From: Oculatellaceae cyanobacterium bins.114
GTDB taxonomy: Bacteria; Cyanobacteriota; Cyanobacteriia; Elainellales; Elainellaceae
DNA length: 64,000 bases
Direction of reading: 5' to 3'
NCBI GenBank assembly: GCA_033764315.1
Contig: JANRJA010000056.1
Span: 17,515-81,514 of the forward strand
Under the pieces are notes generated by a model. That model did not search any database. It had not been told where the DNA came from and saw only the letters and a list, made by a program, of their open reading frames with translations. Below are positions 40,961-51,285 of the stretch, one piece after another. Both the position numbers and the translations under genes were made by a program. Numbering within the stretch: the first letter of the stretch is position 1; the number at the start of each line of letters is the position of its first letter.

Positions 40961-41659
40961 GTGATAGTCACCTCTCAACCCCCATCCTCCTTGTTAAATC
41001 AATCCTCTATGTTGGTTCCTCTCTCTCCCGTTGCTAGCGCTGAAAAAGAGGTTCATCCTTCAGTCAGCAGCAAACTAAAACGGCTGATTGACATCGTGGG
41101 TGCCTTAGTTGGGTTAATGCTTACTGGATTGATTTTGCTACCGATTGCGATCTCCATCCAACTCGACAATCCAGGTCCCCTCTTCTATAGCCAGGTTCGC
41201 TGTGGCTTAAATGGGCAAACTTTCCGCATCTGGAAGTTCCGCTCTATGATTTCTGATGCCGATCGCCTCATGCACTTGGTTCACAATGAGGCAAAAGGTA
41301 ACATCTTCAAAAATCGCAACGATCCTCGTGTTACGAAAGTAGGTCGGTTTCTCCGCAAGTCAAGCTTAGATGAACTGCCTCAATTTTGGAATGTGTTGAA
41401 GGGTGACATGAGCCTTGTAGGTACTCGTCCTCCTACAGTTGGAGAAGTAATGAAGTATGAGCGTCACCACTACCAACGGTTACTCGTTAAGCCCGGTATC
41501 ACAGGTGAATGGCAAGTAAACGGACGCTCTAAAGTAGAGAATTTTGAAGACATTGTCAAAATGGATGTTGCTTATCAAGAGAAGTGGTCCATTCTCTATG
41601 ACCTGCAACTGATTGTGAAAACCGTTCTGGTTGTTGTCAATAGGAACGGTGCTTACTAA
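40961..41659 (+). CDS. Bacterial sugar transferase (polyprenyl-phosphate glycosylphosphotransferase)
   Basis: KRLIDIVGA, KFRSM, DPRVTKVGRFLRKSSLDELPQFWNVLKGDMSLVGTRP; likely GTG start at 40961. Confidence 0.93.
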   Translation: MIVTSQPPSSLLNQSSMLVPLSPVASAEKEVHPSVSSKLKRLIDIVGALVGLMLTGLILLPIAISIQLDNPGPLFYSQVRCGLNGQTFRIWKFRSMISDADRLMHLVHNEAKGNIFKNRNDPRVTKVGRFLRKSSLDELPQFWNVLKGDMSLVGTRPPTVGEVMKYERHHYQRLLVKPGITGEWQVNGRSKVENFEDIVKMDVAYQEKWSILYDLQLIVKTVLVVVNRNGAY

Positions 41660-41687
41660 AAGTTTCGACTCCTGGGGTTATTGGGAT

Positions 41688-41728
41688 ACGGGGCAGCATT
41701 CAGAGTTCTGATGCCGCCCCGTTTTTTT
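41688..41728 (+). terminator. Rho-independent terminator
   Basis: ACGGGGCAGCAT...ATGCCGCCCCGT followed by a T run. Confidence 0.8.
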
Positions 41729-41754
41729 ATTGAAATATTCTGTACTGCTTTGTA

Positions 41755-41869
41755 ATACCAATTCCTTAAAGTAGTCCTACAGATGTCCCCTTCGACTACG
41801 CTCAGGGGACGCTGACTGAGCGCAGTCGAAGGCAGCCTGATCAGTAGCTCGAATTTGGAAAAGGGGTAT
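41755..41869. mobile_element. MITE-like element (family B ends), inverted near-copy of 59737-59838
   Basis: Shared core GACGCTGACTGAGCGCAGTCGAAGGCAGCCTGATCAGT. Confidence 0.75.
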
Positions 41870-41948
41870 AACCGGACAAAATTCATAGCCCAATTTGATA
41901 GGAGGATGTCTCTAATTCACCCCTGACTGTCGCCGTCTCCCTTAGCAA

Positions 41949-42224
41949 GCTACCGTGTATACGGATCCTTTCAGATTAGGTGCAGGGTTGTTGTAAGCAG
42001 GTGAAAACCAGGCATTGGGGGAGACTCCCCCAAACCCCCTTTGGGGGACGCCACTGCCTCCCCCAAACCCCCTAGCAGACAGTGTTTCAGTTAACCCAAA
42101 GACGCGCTTCGCATCGGTTCTAAGTCCGGGTGTTTCAGGTGGGGGTAAGACCTTTGACAAATGCTCAAAATCCCCAAACTTAGGAGATTTAGAGGGCTAA
42201 GAGGACTTGTGTATACACAGTAGC
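41949..42224. mobile_element. MITE-like element family D
   Basis: TIRs GCTACCGTGTATAC / GTATACACAGTAGC (13 of 14 complementary); internal GGGGG/CCCCC hairpins. Confidence 0.65.
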
Positions 42225-42276
42225 GGACTAGAAGGGGTCGTTGATTTAGCGCAGCTTCACATTTAATCGGTATTAG

Positions 42277-43305
42277 CTACTCCAATAGTTGATTTAAGAC
42301 AGAGCGAATCTCACTAACCGTTGTTGTCGCCGTGCCAAACTGCCGAATTACCAAGCTGGCTGCCACATTGCCTAAAATCGCCGCCTCTCCAGGTGAGGCT
42401 CCGGCGATCAACGCCAACGTCAGTGCAGCGACAACCGTATCACCTGCCCCGGTTACGTCAAAGACATCCGTGCGATTAAACGCAGGAATGGTTTGTTCAG
42501 AACCGTCTCGTCCAAACAAACTCATGCCCTCTTCACCACGCGTAATCAAGATGTATTGTGCCTGAGTCAGATTAAGTAAGTGTTGTCCTGCTCGGCGCAA
42601 ATCTGAAGGAGTGGCGATCGCATATCCCACTGCTTTTTCTGCCTCTGGCAGATTTGGGGTAAACACTGTTGCGCCTTGATAGCGGTGCAGTTCTTTTTGA
42701 GTATCCACAATCACCCGCGGATGCTTTAAGGCAGCCTCAATAACGGGTTGAGTCAACACGCCATCCCCATAGTCCGAGCAAACGACCGCATCCACTGAAT
42801 CCAACTGTTGCCGAATATAGTCGGCTAATTGCAGTTGCAACTCAACTTCTGGGAAAGCATCCGATTTGCGATCGACCCGAACAATTTGTTGCGTCACAGA
42901 TTGCCGTGCATGTCCAGAAATGCGGGTTTTAGTAACCGTAGGTCGTATGGGGTCTACTAAAATACCATCGGTATCAATGTTGGCATCTGCAAAAATTTGT
43001 CGGAGTGCCCGTCCCTGCTCATCTTGACCAACCAGCCCAACTGATTTTACCTGTGCACCCAGCTTTGCCAAGTTATAAACAGCGTTTGCGCCTCCTCCAG
43101 GAATTTGCCGCGTGGTTTCGTGCCGCAAAATTAGCACCGGAGCCTCCCGCGAGATGCGCTCGACCTGCCCCGTCAAAAATTCGTCAACCGTGATATCTCC
43201 CACCACCAACACTCGTGCCTGAGAGAACTGGTCTAAATAGTGATGTAACTGAGGAGCGATCGCTCTTAGCCCAGCGACAAAACCAGGATTGAGAGTCACG
43301 ATCAT
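42277..43305 (-). CDS. D-glycero-beta-D-manno-heptose-7-phosphate kinase (RfaE/HldE kinase domain, PfkB family)
   Basis: VGDITVDEF, RISREAPV, GGGANA, SDYGDG, TPNLPE, DVTGAGDTV. Confidence 0.9.
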   Translation of the reverse strand: MIVTLNPGFVAGLRAIAPQLHHYLDQFSQARVLVVGDITVDEFLTGQVERISREAPVLILRHETTRQIPGGGANAVYNLAKLGAQVKSVGLVGQDEQGRALRQIFADANIDTDGILVDPIRPTVTKTRISGHARQSVTQQIVRVDRKSDAFPEVELQLQLADYIRQQLDSVDAVVCSDYGDGVLTQPVIEAALKHPRVIVDTQKELHRYQGATVFTPNLPEAEKAVGYAIATPSDLRRAGQHLLNLTQAQYILITRGEEGMSLFGRDGSEQTIPAFNRTDVFDVTGAGDTVVAALTLALIAGASPGEAAILGNVAASLVIRQFGTATTTVSEIRSVLNQLLE

Positions 43306-44474
43306 TACCCCTGGCTGGATGGAGCCGCACCCGACGGAGCTGCACCGGGTGACGGGCAGTTGGGTTGGGCAAATTTTACTTCGACGTAATAAATTCGATA
43401 ACCTTCTTGAATCACAAAATCTGGTTTGTCGTTCGCAGAGTCTTGAGTAAAGTCATACTGGGCGATCGCGGCTAGAGCCTGCTGATCAAAAGCCTCATAC
43501 CCAGAACTCCGCAACTTAGTGGGCTGACCAGCAAAACTTCCTTCACCATCTAGCACAACCCCAAACCAGGCTTCTCCTGGTGCTTGAGGTGCACGAAACA
43601 AGCAAGCTCCACGAGGCGGGGCAATCTCAAGTTCGTGACGAGGAACTCGGTCTAAATCTTCAGGAGATTGACGCAAAGCATCCGTAAACCATCGTCCAGA
43701 CGATTCCACTCCATACCCAGTGCCCGTCCCCGTACCGTTAAAGCGATACAGTTCTCGTAACTGCTGCTGTTCTTGCTGCAATCGTGCAATTCGGTCAGAC
43801 GGTGCTGTTGGAGGCGTTCCTGATGGAGCAGGAGTGGGGTTTGATGGATTGGGTTGACCAGAGTTTGTATTCGGATTTAGCCCCTCTGCCCCAGGAGGCG
43901 CAGAGGGAGTTGCAGAGGGCGTCACAGAGGGCGTCACAGAGGGCGTAGGAGAAGGCCCAGTGGCTTCAGGTGGGGGGTCTGGAGGAATGACAATTCCAGT
44001 CCGCCGCTGGAACAAGGGATTGGGTCTACGATAGCTGTATTGAGGTGGAGGTGGCAGTTGTGGCAAGACGATGGGTGGAAACGTCTGATAGTTAGGGCTA
44101 GAAGGCTGAGTCGGAGCGGGTGAATAGGGGTTGGGCAGGGGCGTCAATGAATAAAAATCAGACTCTTCGGGCACCGGAGGCACTGTGACCTGAGGAGTAG
44201 AGAAATCAGGCAACCGACCTTGTTCGGCAGGGGTCAACTCCAACAACGCCACCGAACGGCGAATCTCAGGCTCTTCTGCCTGAGACGATTGCACTGGCAG
44301 CAGGGGCAACACCACCCACATCAACCCATGCACACCGACCGATGCAATGATCGCCAGAGAAGTTGGCTCTCGTAGCATAGGCCCTAGAGTCTTGGGGAGG
44401 GACTTAATCCACAAACGGTAGGACATAACGCCTGAATAGGGGGATGAAGAACTGCGATCAACGTTGTATGGCAA
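43305..44474 (-). CDS. Membrane-anchored Pro-rich protein with TonB-like C-terminal domain
   Basis: TM with SVGVHG, long Pro-rich linker, RSSGYEAFDQQAL motif; TAATG overlap with the downstream gene. Confidence 0.7.
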   Translation of the reverse strand: MPYNVDRSSSSPYSGVMSYRLWIKSLPKTLGPMLREPTSLAIIASVGVHGLMWVVLPLLPVQSSQAEEPEIRRSVALLELTPAEQGRLPDFSTPQVTVPPVPEESDFYSLTPLPNPYSPAPTQPSSPNYQTFPPIVLPQLPPPPQYSYRRPNPLFQRRTGIVIPPDPPPEATGPSPTPSVTPSVTPSATPSAPPGAEGLNPNTNSGQPNPSNPTPAPSGTPPTAPSDRIARLQQEQQQLRELYRFNGTGTGTGYGVESSGRWFTDALRQSPEDLDRVPRHELEIAPPRGACLFRAPQAPGEAWFGVVLDGEGSFAGQPTKLRSSGYEAFDQQALAAIAQYDFTQDSANDKPDFVIQEGYRIYYVEVKFAQPNCPSPGAAPSGAAPSSQG

Positions 44475-44857
44475 TAGCCCTGTTAGCTAAGACGGGGATG
44501 GAGGCTTTGACGTAAGCGATCAGAACCCTTGGAGAGGGACTGTTTTTTTACACCCCCTTTCAAGTCCAATATCTTAACGCTTTGGGCAACAGCTATAACG
44601 ACAATAGCAAACGACACCAATAACCGCTCAAAAGTTGCAATCAGCGTTCATTGTCTCATTCTCCGTCCATCACTCCACCCATCAGGATAGAGTGTTCTCA
44701 AATCGGATGTGGAAATCTTTTAATCAGCAATGGTTGTGGAGTCAGGATGTACTACACGGTACATCGCCCATCCTGACTCAGTGAAGACGCCCCAATGTAA
44801 CGTCAATTTGGGTTCAGTCCCTGGCAGATAGCGATCGCCCCATTTAGGGCAACCCAT

Positions 44858-46444
44858 TTAGGGTGAAACGATGTAAGGCGACGGAATCGGATCTGCCTGT
44901 CCTGCTCTTACAAGTGCTTGATAGATAAATGCAGCAACCTCTCCACGAGTGGCTTCTCGATTAGGATTTAAGCGATTTGCCACAGGGTAATTGACAATGA
45001 TGTTTTGTCGAGTTGCTGCGGCGATCGCCCCCACGGCCCAATCTGGAATCTGGTTAGCATCTTGATAACGGTTAATCGTCCCAATTTCATTAGTGCTGAG
45101 TTCTAAGCCACTGGCTAACGACACCACCACCTGCACTCTGAGAATGCGTTGCTCGGGTTGAAAGAGCTGCCCCGGATAGCCGCTCATAAACTGCCCCTGA
45201 TAAGCCGATTGAATCGCATCACGCCCCCAAAAATCACTGCGAACATCTACAAAATTGACTCCCGATCGCTTGGGGCTAGGCGTAAAAGCTTTGTTGATAA
45301 TGGCAGCAAATTGAGCACGCGTCACCGGGGCATCTGGACGAAACGTGCCATCTGGGAAGCCACCAATAATGCCACGGGTTGCTAACGCATCAATATAAGC
45401 CTGCGCCCAGTGACCCCGCACATCAGTAAAGACAGATGGAGGCGTATTGCTGGCAACAAACTCCACTAAACCGGAAATGCGACTGGTATCAATGTCGTTG
45501 CCAATCGAGAAGAGGGTATTGCTGCGAGTCGCGTTGTAGAGGTCATAGCGGCCATTATTACGAATGACATTGCTCCCGGAATCGTCAGCCGTTCCCAGGT
45601 TAGGCAGGGCATTGGCGATCGCCACTATCCCATCTCGAACATTGCCCTCAATCACGTTGTTACGCAAAGTTGGACGAGCCGAGTTAGAGACAACGACCCC
45701 ATCTACATTGCTTGAAATTTGGTTGTTAGCAATCACCGGAGCCGCATTATCACCCACAGCAATGCCAAAGCCTGTATTTTGAAAAACATTACTCCGAATC
45801 TCGCCCCGACTCTCGCGGACAATGGCAATGCCGTTGCCATCATTTTGAATGAAAAGATTATCCTCAATCTGCGGGGCACCTGTACCCGACACAAAAACGC
45901 CATCTCGCAGGCTGTTAGAAAAGGTGTTATGGCGCAAGACTGGGTCGGTCGATTCTACCCAAACTCCGGTTCCCCGCGTATTAGGATTGGTGACAGTCAC
46001 CCCCATTAGTTCACTGTCTTCGAGTGCCCGAATCGTCACATTTTGTCGGGCAAAGGTAGGGCTGACATATTCACCACTGCCAATAATCAAAACCGTTTGT
46101 CCCTGGTTGGCCACATCGCCACGAACACTCACCCGCGCAGGCACCACCAGCGGAAAAATCTCGCCTGTATCACGGGTGTAACTGCCTGGAGCCAGTTGGA
46201 TCACCGTGTTAGAGCCAGCCCGTTGCAAAGCATAGGTAATCGTTCGCAGAGGAGCAGCCGTTGACTCACCATAAGTAGGGTTATCTTGCCCTAAGACAGG
46301 GTTGACATAGAGCACTGTGGCACTTGAAGTTACCTGAGCAGTGAAGGGGTTAGCAGGCTGATAAGAATCAGCAACGGCAGGAGCAATTGCCCCAGTACAC
46401 ATTAGTAGAGTCGCTAAACCAAGTCGTACAGAAAAGTGTGTCAT
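44858..46444 (-). CDS. DUF1565 beta-helix protein with three SLH domains
   Basis: Signal peptide, LYVNP..G.D, PLRTITYAL, beta-helix repeats; FTDVRGHWA, GFPDGTFRPDAPVTRAQFA. Confidence 0.9.
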   Translation of the reverse strand: MTHFSVRLGLATLLMCTGAIAPAVADSYQPANPFTAQVTSSATVLYVNPVLGQDNPTYGESTAAPLRTITYALQRAGSNTVIQLAPGSYTRDTGEIFPLVVPARVSVRGDVANQGQTVLIIGSGEYVSPTFARQNVTIRALEDSELMGVTVTNPNTRGTGVWVESTDPVLRHNTFSNSLRDGVFVSGTGAPQIEDNLFIQNDGNGIAIVRESRGEIRSNVFQNTGFGIAVGDNAAPVIANNQISSNVDGVVVSNSARPTLRNNVIEGNVRDGIVAIANALPNLGTADDSGSNVIRNNGRYDLYNATRSNTLFSIGNDIDTSRISGLVEFVASNTPPSVFTDVRGHWAQAYIDALATRGIIGGFPDGTFRPDAPVTRAQFAAIINKAFTPSPKRSGVNFVDVRSDFWGRDAIQSAYQGQFMSGYPGQLFQPEQRILRVQVVVSLASGLELSTNEIGTINRYQDANQIPDWAVGAIAAATRQNIIVNYPVANRLNPNREATRGEVAAFIYQALVRAGQADPIPSPYIVSP

Positions 46445-47108
46445 TGTTGTGAGAGCTTATCGATGAGGAAGCCAATGCTAAGGCATGGGGATTAAATACA
46501 TTGAAATTGTGTGAGATGGCATCGTTTGACTCAGTTCACGTAACTCAGTTCACGCTGAAGTTTTACCCGTCGGGGTGGATGGGAACATCTACCGCACAAT
46601 TAATTCCGTCCATCAGCCTACGTCAATAATGAGGGTGGCATCAAAATGCTGGCTTCTTAAATACGCCATATTACACGGAGAAAGCTACGAGTATCAATGA
46701 TTAATCGAATACCTGTGCTTCATAGAGTGTATTGGATCTTTACTCTCTAAAAAGGGAATTCAACCCGCCAAAACTTTCATCTTAGTTGGTCGAATACTGA
46801 GTCTTAAAGTCTCAATCTAGACACCGAAGTAGGTCAACTCAATGTAAATGCAAGATATAGGCCGTTGAGTTAAAACGTGAAACCCACTACCCGCAGAGGT
46901 TACACTGCGCTAACCTAGCTTACAAATGATCGAGTCTAAGTCCTTAATTTAGGGTGCTTAGTTTATTGTCTCAGGTATTGCTGGAGTTAGCGATCGCCCA
47001 ATCGGTCAAAGCTTAAAGAGGATCAGTATCCAGCTAGCCTGAGTGATTTTATTGAACAATTGACTCTCCAGAAAAACTCCCAGTTCCTAAACCCACCTGA
47101 ATTTCTAG

Positions 47109-47173
47109 AACAGTCCTAAATCATTTGTGAGATGGGCAGGCACACCCCTCACAACTCATTTGGGATTGCGATA
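47109..47173. mobile_element. Short MITE-like element family E
   Basis: CAGTCCTAAATCATTTGTGA...TCACAACTCATTTGGGATTG; matching right end TCACAACCGATTTAGGATTGCTA at 28612-28634. Confidence 0.55.
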
Positions 47174-47269
47174 TAACAACTTATAATCAGTCAACGGATG
47201 GTTGAAACGGCAACTTCTTTTACACTATGGTCGTCTCAGTAATACAGATGAGACAGCATTAAGGACTTC

Positions 47270-47815
47270 ATGCATTCACGAGCTTGGATCAGACGTTGGG
47301 GATGGGTTATTAGTTTTATCAGCGTGTGGCTGATGTCAACAGAGGCGATCGCAGCTGAACGGGTCGTGTGGCGATATCGCCTCTTACAAGGTTCGCTGTC
47401 GGTTGATGAGTTAACCACTCTGGCTGAAACAGGAGAAGTCTCACCTGCTTTGCGTGCCTATTTTAGATTGGCAAGACGCAACCCCCGACAAATCCGCCGA
47501 GTCTTAAACCAAGAAGTTACGGTCAATCCGCGTTTGTTAGATCGCGTTCTCAACAGTCCCCTGGGCAATGGGGCGATCGATCAGGTCAGTGAGGCCATTC
47601 ATACTCCCTCACGCCAAGCCGATCGACAGGCCATGCGCTCTGCACTGGTGTTGTCAGCCAGTGATGACAGCCGCATTACACTGATTGAGGTGATGCAAAA
47701 CTATCCCACAGAAGAAATTTATGTTGATGGCGATCGCCTTGCAGATGCTTATCGCCAAATCGAAGGGCTACAAAATCGATTGGGAGAGCTGTTGAACGGA
47801 GGCGGGCTTTTTTAA
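47270..47815 (+). CDS. DUF1400 (alpha/beta hydrolase-associated) domain protein
   Basis: Signal peptide, AAERVV, SLSVDEL..LAETGEVS, AMRSALVLSA, LIEVMQNYPT. Confidence 0.85.
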   Translation: MHSRAWIRRWGWVISFISVWLMSTEAIAAERVVWRYRLLQGSLSVDELTTLAETGEVSPALRAYFRLARRNPRQIRRVLNQEVTVNPRLLDRVLNSPLGNGAIDQVSEAIHTPSRQADRQAMRSALVLSASDDSRITLIEVMQNYPTEEIYVDGDRLADAYRQIEGLQNRLGELLNGGGLF

Positions 47816-47859
47816 GCTTCAAAATTGATTGCAGTCAACCCTCAGCTAACTCAAGACTT

Positions 47860-48060
47860 CTAGTAAGCCAACGTTTCTAAGGTTTCACGCAAATAGCGTC
47901 GCACCAATTGATCAAGGCTAAAGTCTTGCAGTTGGGGGTCGTTATTGTGCTCTAATTGCCAACGCTGAAACCCAGAACTGTTGGCGATCGCTTGCTTTAA
48001 ACTATCCCAAATGGTGCGATCGTCTGAAAATTGATCGATAGGCGTTGAAAGAGAGGTCAT
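47860..48060 (-). CDS. Small cyanobacterial hypothetical protein
   Basis: WDSLKQAIANSSGFQRW...YLRETLETLAY; ATG 48060 with AGGA RBS. Confidence 0.8.
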   Translation of the reverse strand: MTSLSTPIDQFSDDRTIWDSLKQAIANSSGFQRWQLEHNNDPQLQDFSLDQLVRRYLRETLETLAY

Positions 48061-48358
48061 AAATCTTCCTAATACTGAGGTTCTAGCAACGGATGTCATT
48101 AGTAACGAGCCAGTGTAACCCAATCTCACTGTCTTCAGATTAACGTAGTTCAAAAATTTCGTTGTGTTGTTAAACACGATTACGGGTCAAGGCCAGGGGA
48201 CATAGGGAGTCATAACGTAGTCGCTCTAGAAGGCAAAGTGAGGGATGCTTCACGCTGCACACAGCTTTAGGGACTGTGATCCAAAGGGGGTTGGGGGCAA
48301 AGCCTCTGCACCCCGTCGTAACCAACGCTTCAGTTGTTCTAGAACCCAGAGTCAAGGG

Positions 48359-49591
48359 TTAATCATCCTTTGTCGCCTCTGGGGTGGTTGAGTCAGCGAT
48401 CGCCTCATCATTTGCCTCATCATTGAGAGAACCATCTGGTGTCACCTCTGCCGCAATGACATCAATTGGGGGGCTGTCGAGGGAGATCTCATTCACCAGG
48501 GGTTCTAGTTCGACATTAGCAATAACCTCTACAGTAGTTGCACTCACAGCGATTTCATCGTCAAACTCATCTGTCACCCCTTCATCTGTCACCAACTTAT
48601 CCGACTGTTCATCTGCGACCCCTTCGTCAAGCACAGGGTCAGAACCAGTAGCGTCAGCCGAGGCAGTGACATTACTGTCAAGACGGTCACGTACCTCATC
48701 CACTCCACCTTCAACAGCACTATCCCCAGCCCTGGTGTCTAACGGAGCCAAAGAGACTGGTTCTGGAGTGACAATTTCCTCAGCATCGGTGTCGTCGCTG
48801 GCAATGTCGTTGCTGGTAATGTCGTCGCTGGCGATATCATCATCTGCAAAATCGTCGTCATCCGGGATTTCGACTGAGACAGCAGAGGTTTGCTCTTGAT
48901 CCAACGAGGGTGTGACAACAGGCAAGGATTCTACCTGGGCAATAAGCGGAGATTGACTGGTCGGGGCTGGGGTAGTCACTGGTTTAGGTGCATCAACCCG
49001 AAATTCAGGAAGAATCCGTTTGACCTTTAACCCCAACAGGGTAAAGTTTTGGGGAATTTGTTCTAACGGGTAAGGCTCGGTTGCGGCAAAGGTAGTTTCA
49101 CGAGTCAACAAAACGGAGGCAACACTAAGCGGCACTTGCAAAAACAGATTACAAGCCAGAAAGGCGATCGCCGCAATCAATAGCCCCAACCCGCGTGGCC
49201 CGTTTTGCCAAGGTGTCACCTCTGAGGCGATCGGCGCATAGCGATAGAGTTGCGATAACACCCATAACAACGCCACACTTCCCCCAATCACCCACACTCG
49301 GTTGCTTTGTGCCTTAAATAACCGCAGTAATTTGCGTTGATCGGGGGTGAGTTGTTCTGGTTTAAGTGCGATCGCCACCAAACTAAAGATATAAAAGGGA
49401 CGCTGCCATTGCATCCAAACAATGGGCGTGATGCCCACTACAGCAATTAACAGCAGTTCTAACCCGATCGGCAAAATTGGATCGCCAACCGCTAATCCTA
49501 AAAAACAGATTTCTAGAAAGATGGGCAGTGCGGCACTGCCTGCCAGATGAATCCACAAATAGGGATCCGACCAAAAAGAACGCATAACCAC
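48359..49591 (-). CDS. Low-complexity-tail membrane protein
   Basis: SDPYLWIHLAG, four TM segments, NLFLQVP, long acidic tail. Confidence 0.8.
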   Translation of the reverse strand: MVMRSFWSDPYLWIHLAGSAALPIFLEICFLGLAVGDPILPIGLELLLIAVVGITPIVWMQWQRPFYIFSLVAIALKPEQLTPDQRKLLRLFKAQSNRVWVIGGSVALLWVLSQLYRYAPIASEVTPWQNGPRGLGLLIAAIAFLACNLFLQVPLSVASVLLTRETTFAATEPYPLEQIPQNFTLLGLKVKRILPEFRVDAPKPVTTPAPTSQSPLIAQVESLPVVTPSLDQEQTSAVSVEIPDDDDFADDDIASDDITSNDIASDDTDAEEIVTPEPVSLAPLDTRAGDSAVEGGVDEVRDRLDSNVTASADATGSDPVLDEGVADEQSDKLVTDEGVTDEFDDEIAVSATTVEVIANVELEPLVNEISLDSPPIDVIAAEVTPDGSLNDEANDEAIADSTTPEATKDD

Positions 49592-49717
49592 GTCAAAACA
49601 ACGGCATTGAAGCCATCTTAATACTGCGGCGGTAACACGAGGGGAGTGTTGAGTTTTATGAGGGTTGAGTTTTATATCTACCTAAAATCTGCTTGGATAT
49701 CTCACCAGGCAGATGGG

Positions 49718-50932
49718 TTACGCATGAATCTTGCCATCCGGCATAATGGTGCCTTTGAGAATGGCCCCCGTTAATTTGACCATGACCCGGTCTGTCACAC
49801 CCACACGAGCATCTCGCAGATCTGCCCCACTTAAATCTGCCCCACTTAAATCTGCCCCAATTAAATTGGCTTCTCGCAGGTTTGCGTTCTTTAAGTTGGC
49901 TTGCAGCAAATTAGCCCGAAACAGATTGGCTTTATGCAAGTTGGCACTAGCCAAATTAATCTTGTGCAAAAATGCATCGCTCAAGTTGGCATTACTCAAA
50001 TTTGCATTGCTCAAGTTTCTGCCAGACAAATCTCGTTCTCGCAAATTTGCTCCACTCAGATCAGCTCCACTGAGATCTGGGTTTTGTGGCTTGGTTTGCT
50101 GAGTGCTGGTTTGCTGAGTGTTAGTTTGTTGAGTGTTGGTTTGTTGGCTGTTAGTTTGTTGAGGATTGGTCTCGTGAGCCTTTGAAGTAGGCTGAGTGGG
50201 TTGAGGCGGCTCTTTATAGGTCTGATGAGAAGCTGACTGGCGATAATCAGACGCTGGCTGAGAAGCAGCCTGCTGAGTCGTAGATTGCCCATTTGTAGAG
50301 CTTTTAGGCGCAGCCTGCTGAGTCGATGAGTCAGACGCTGATTGCTTGTGATAATTGGGGTTGAAATTTGACTGGCTGTAGTAGCGGTAATATTTGGACT
50401 GGCTCTGTTGGCTAGGGGGCGATTGACTGGATGAGGATTGCCCTGATCCAGCGTTGTTAGAGGCAGTCTGCCCAGACGAAGTATGCCCAGACGAAGTGTG
50501 ACCGGATGTAGTATGCCCAGACGAAGCATGCCCAGACGAAGTGTATCCAGAGGTTTGGTGAGAAGATTGCCGACTCGTGTGCGCTTGAGGGTTTCCCTGG
50601 CTCGCAGAATAATATCTGTAGCTAGAGCCAGATGGAGGATGATAGCCCCCACGCGATGAGGTGGTTTGCGAAGAGGGTTTGGGTTGGCTTTTGGCTTGAG
50701 CCGCCTGAGAACCGTTGCTGCGTTGATGAGAACGCAGGCGATCGCGAGCTTCGTTTAACTCTTTGAGCTTTTCCTGGGCTTTTTGCTGCAACCGGGGATT
50801 GTCTCTAGGAATGCGATCGGGATGCCAAATAAAGACCAAGTCTTTATAAGCCTGGTTAACCTCTTCCATTGAGGCTCCAGGCTCCAATTCCAGCGATCTG
50901 TAGCAACGTTCTAAATCGTTCATCCTGATCAA
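49718..50932 (-). CDS. DnaJ-domain protein with S/Q-rich linker and C-terminal pentapeptide repeats
   Basis: WHPDR J motif; A(D/N)Lxx repeats; GTIMPDG end. Confidence 0.9.
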   Translation of the reverse strand: MIRMNDLERCYRSLELEPGASMEEVNQAYKDLVFIWHPDRIPRDNPRLQQKAQEKLKELNEARDRLRSHQRSNGSQAAQAKSQPKPSSQTTSSRGGYHPPSGSSYRYYSASQGNPQAHTSRQSSHQTSGYTSSGHASSGHTTSGHTSSGHTSSGQTASNNAGSGQSSSSQSPPSQQSQSKYYRYYSQSNFNPNYHKQSASDSSTQQAAPKSSTNGQSTTQQAASQPASDYRQSASHQTYKEPPQPTQPTSKAHETNPQQTNSQQTNTQQTNTQQTSTQQTKPQNPDLSGADLSGANLRERDLSGRNLSNANLSNANLSDAFLHKINLASANLHKANLFRANLLQANLKNANLREANLIGADLSGADLSGADLRDARVGVTDRVMVKLTGAILKGTIMPDGKIHA

Positions 50933-51196
50933 GATACCATCAATTGAGGCTCTGCTAGAGCGAACCAGAACCTAGCGTGCTTTATCTTCGGTGCGATCGC
51001 CACGCATTACTCCCCTATGCTATCCCTTCAACTCAAACTCTAGAAACAATGCACTAAATATTTTGGGAATTGGGCCCCAAGCAGACCCTCAGATTAATAA
51101 ATGCGTCACATTTCTGTTCAGAGTTTGCTAAATTCTGCTAATATAACGATTCTGTGGCTAAATAACAGTCACCTCGCCTCACGCGAGATCCCCCTT

Positions 51197-51283
51197 GGAG
51201 AGATGGCCGAGTGGTTGAAGGCGCAGCACTGGAAATGCTGTTTAGGGGTAACTCTAACCAGGGTTCGAATCCCTGTCTCTCCG
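51197..51283 (+). tRNA. trnS: tRNA-Ser(GGA)
   Basis: GGAGAGA acceptor, CAGCA-CT-GGA-AA-TGCTG anticodon arm, long variable arm, GTTCGAATC; CCA not encoded. Confidence 0.97.
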
Positions 51284-51285
51284 TT

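Noticed and set aside
41656..42200. Short ORFs at 41656-41886, 41942-42160 and 42015-42200
   Set aside because: They lie largely within MITE, REP or terminator sequence with no protein-like features
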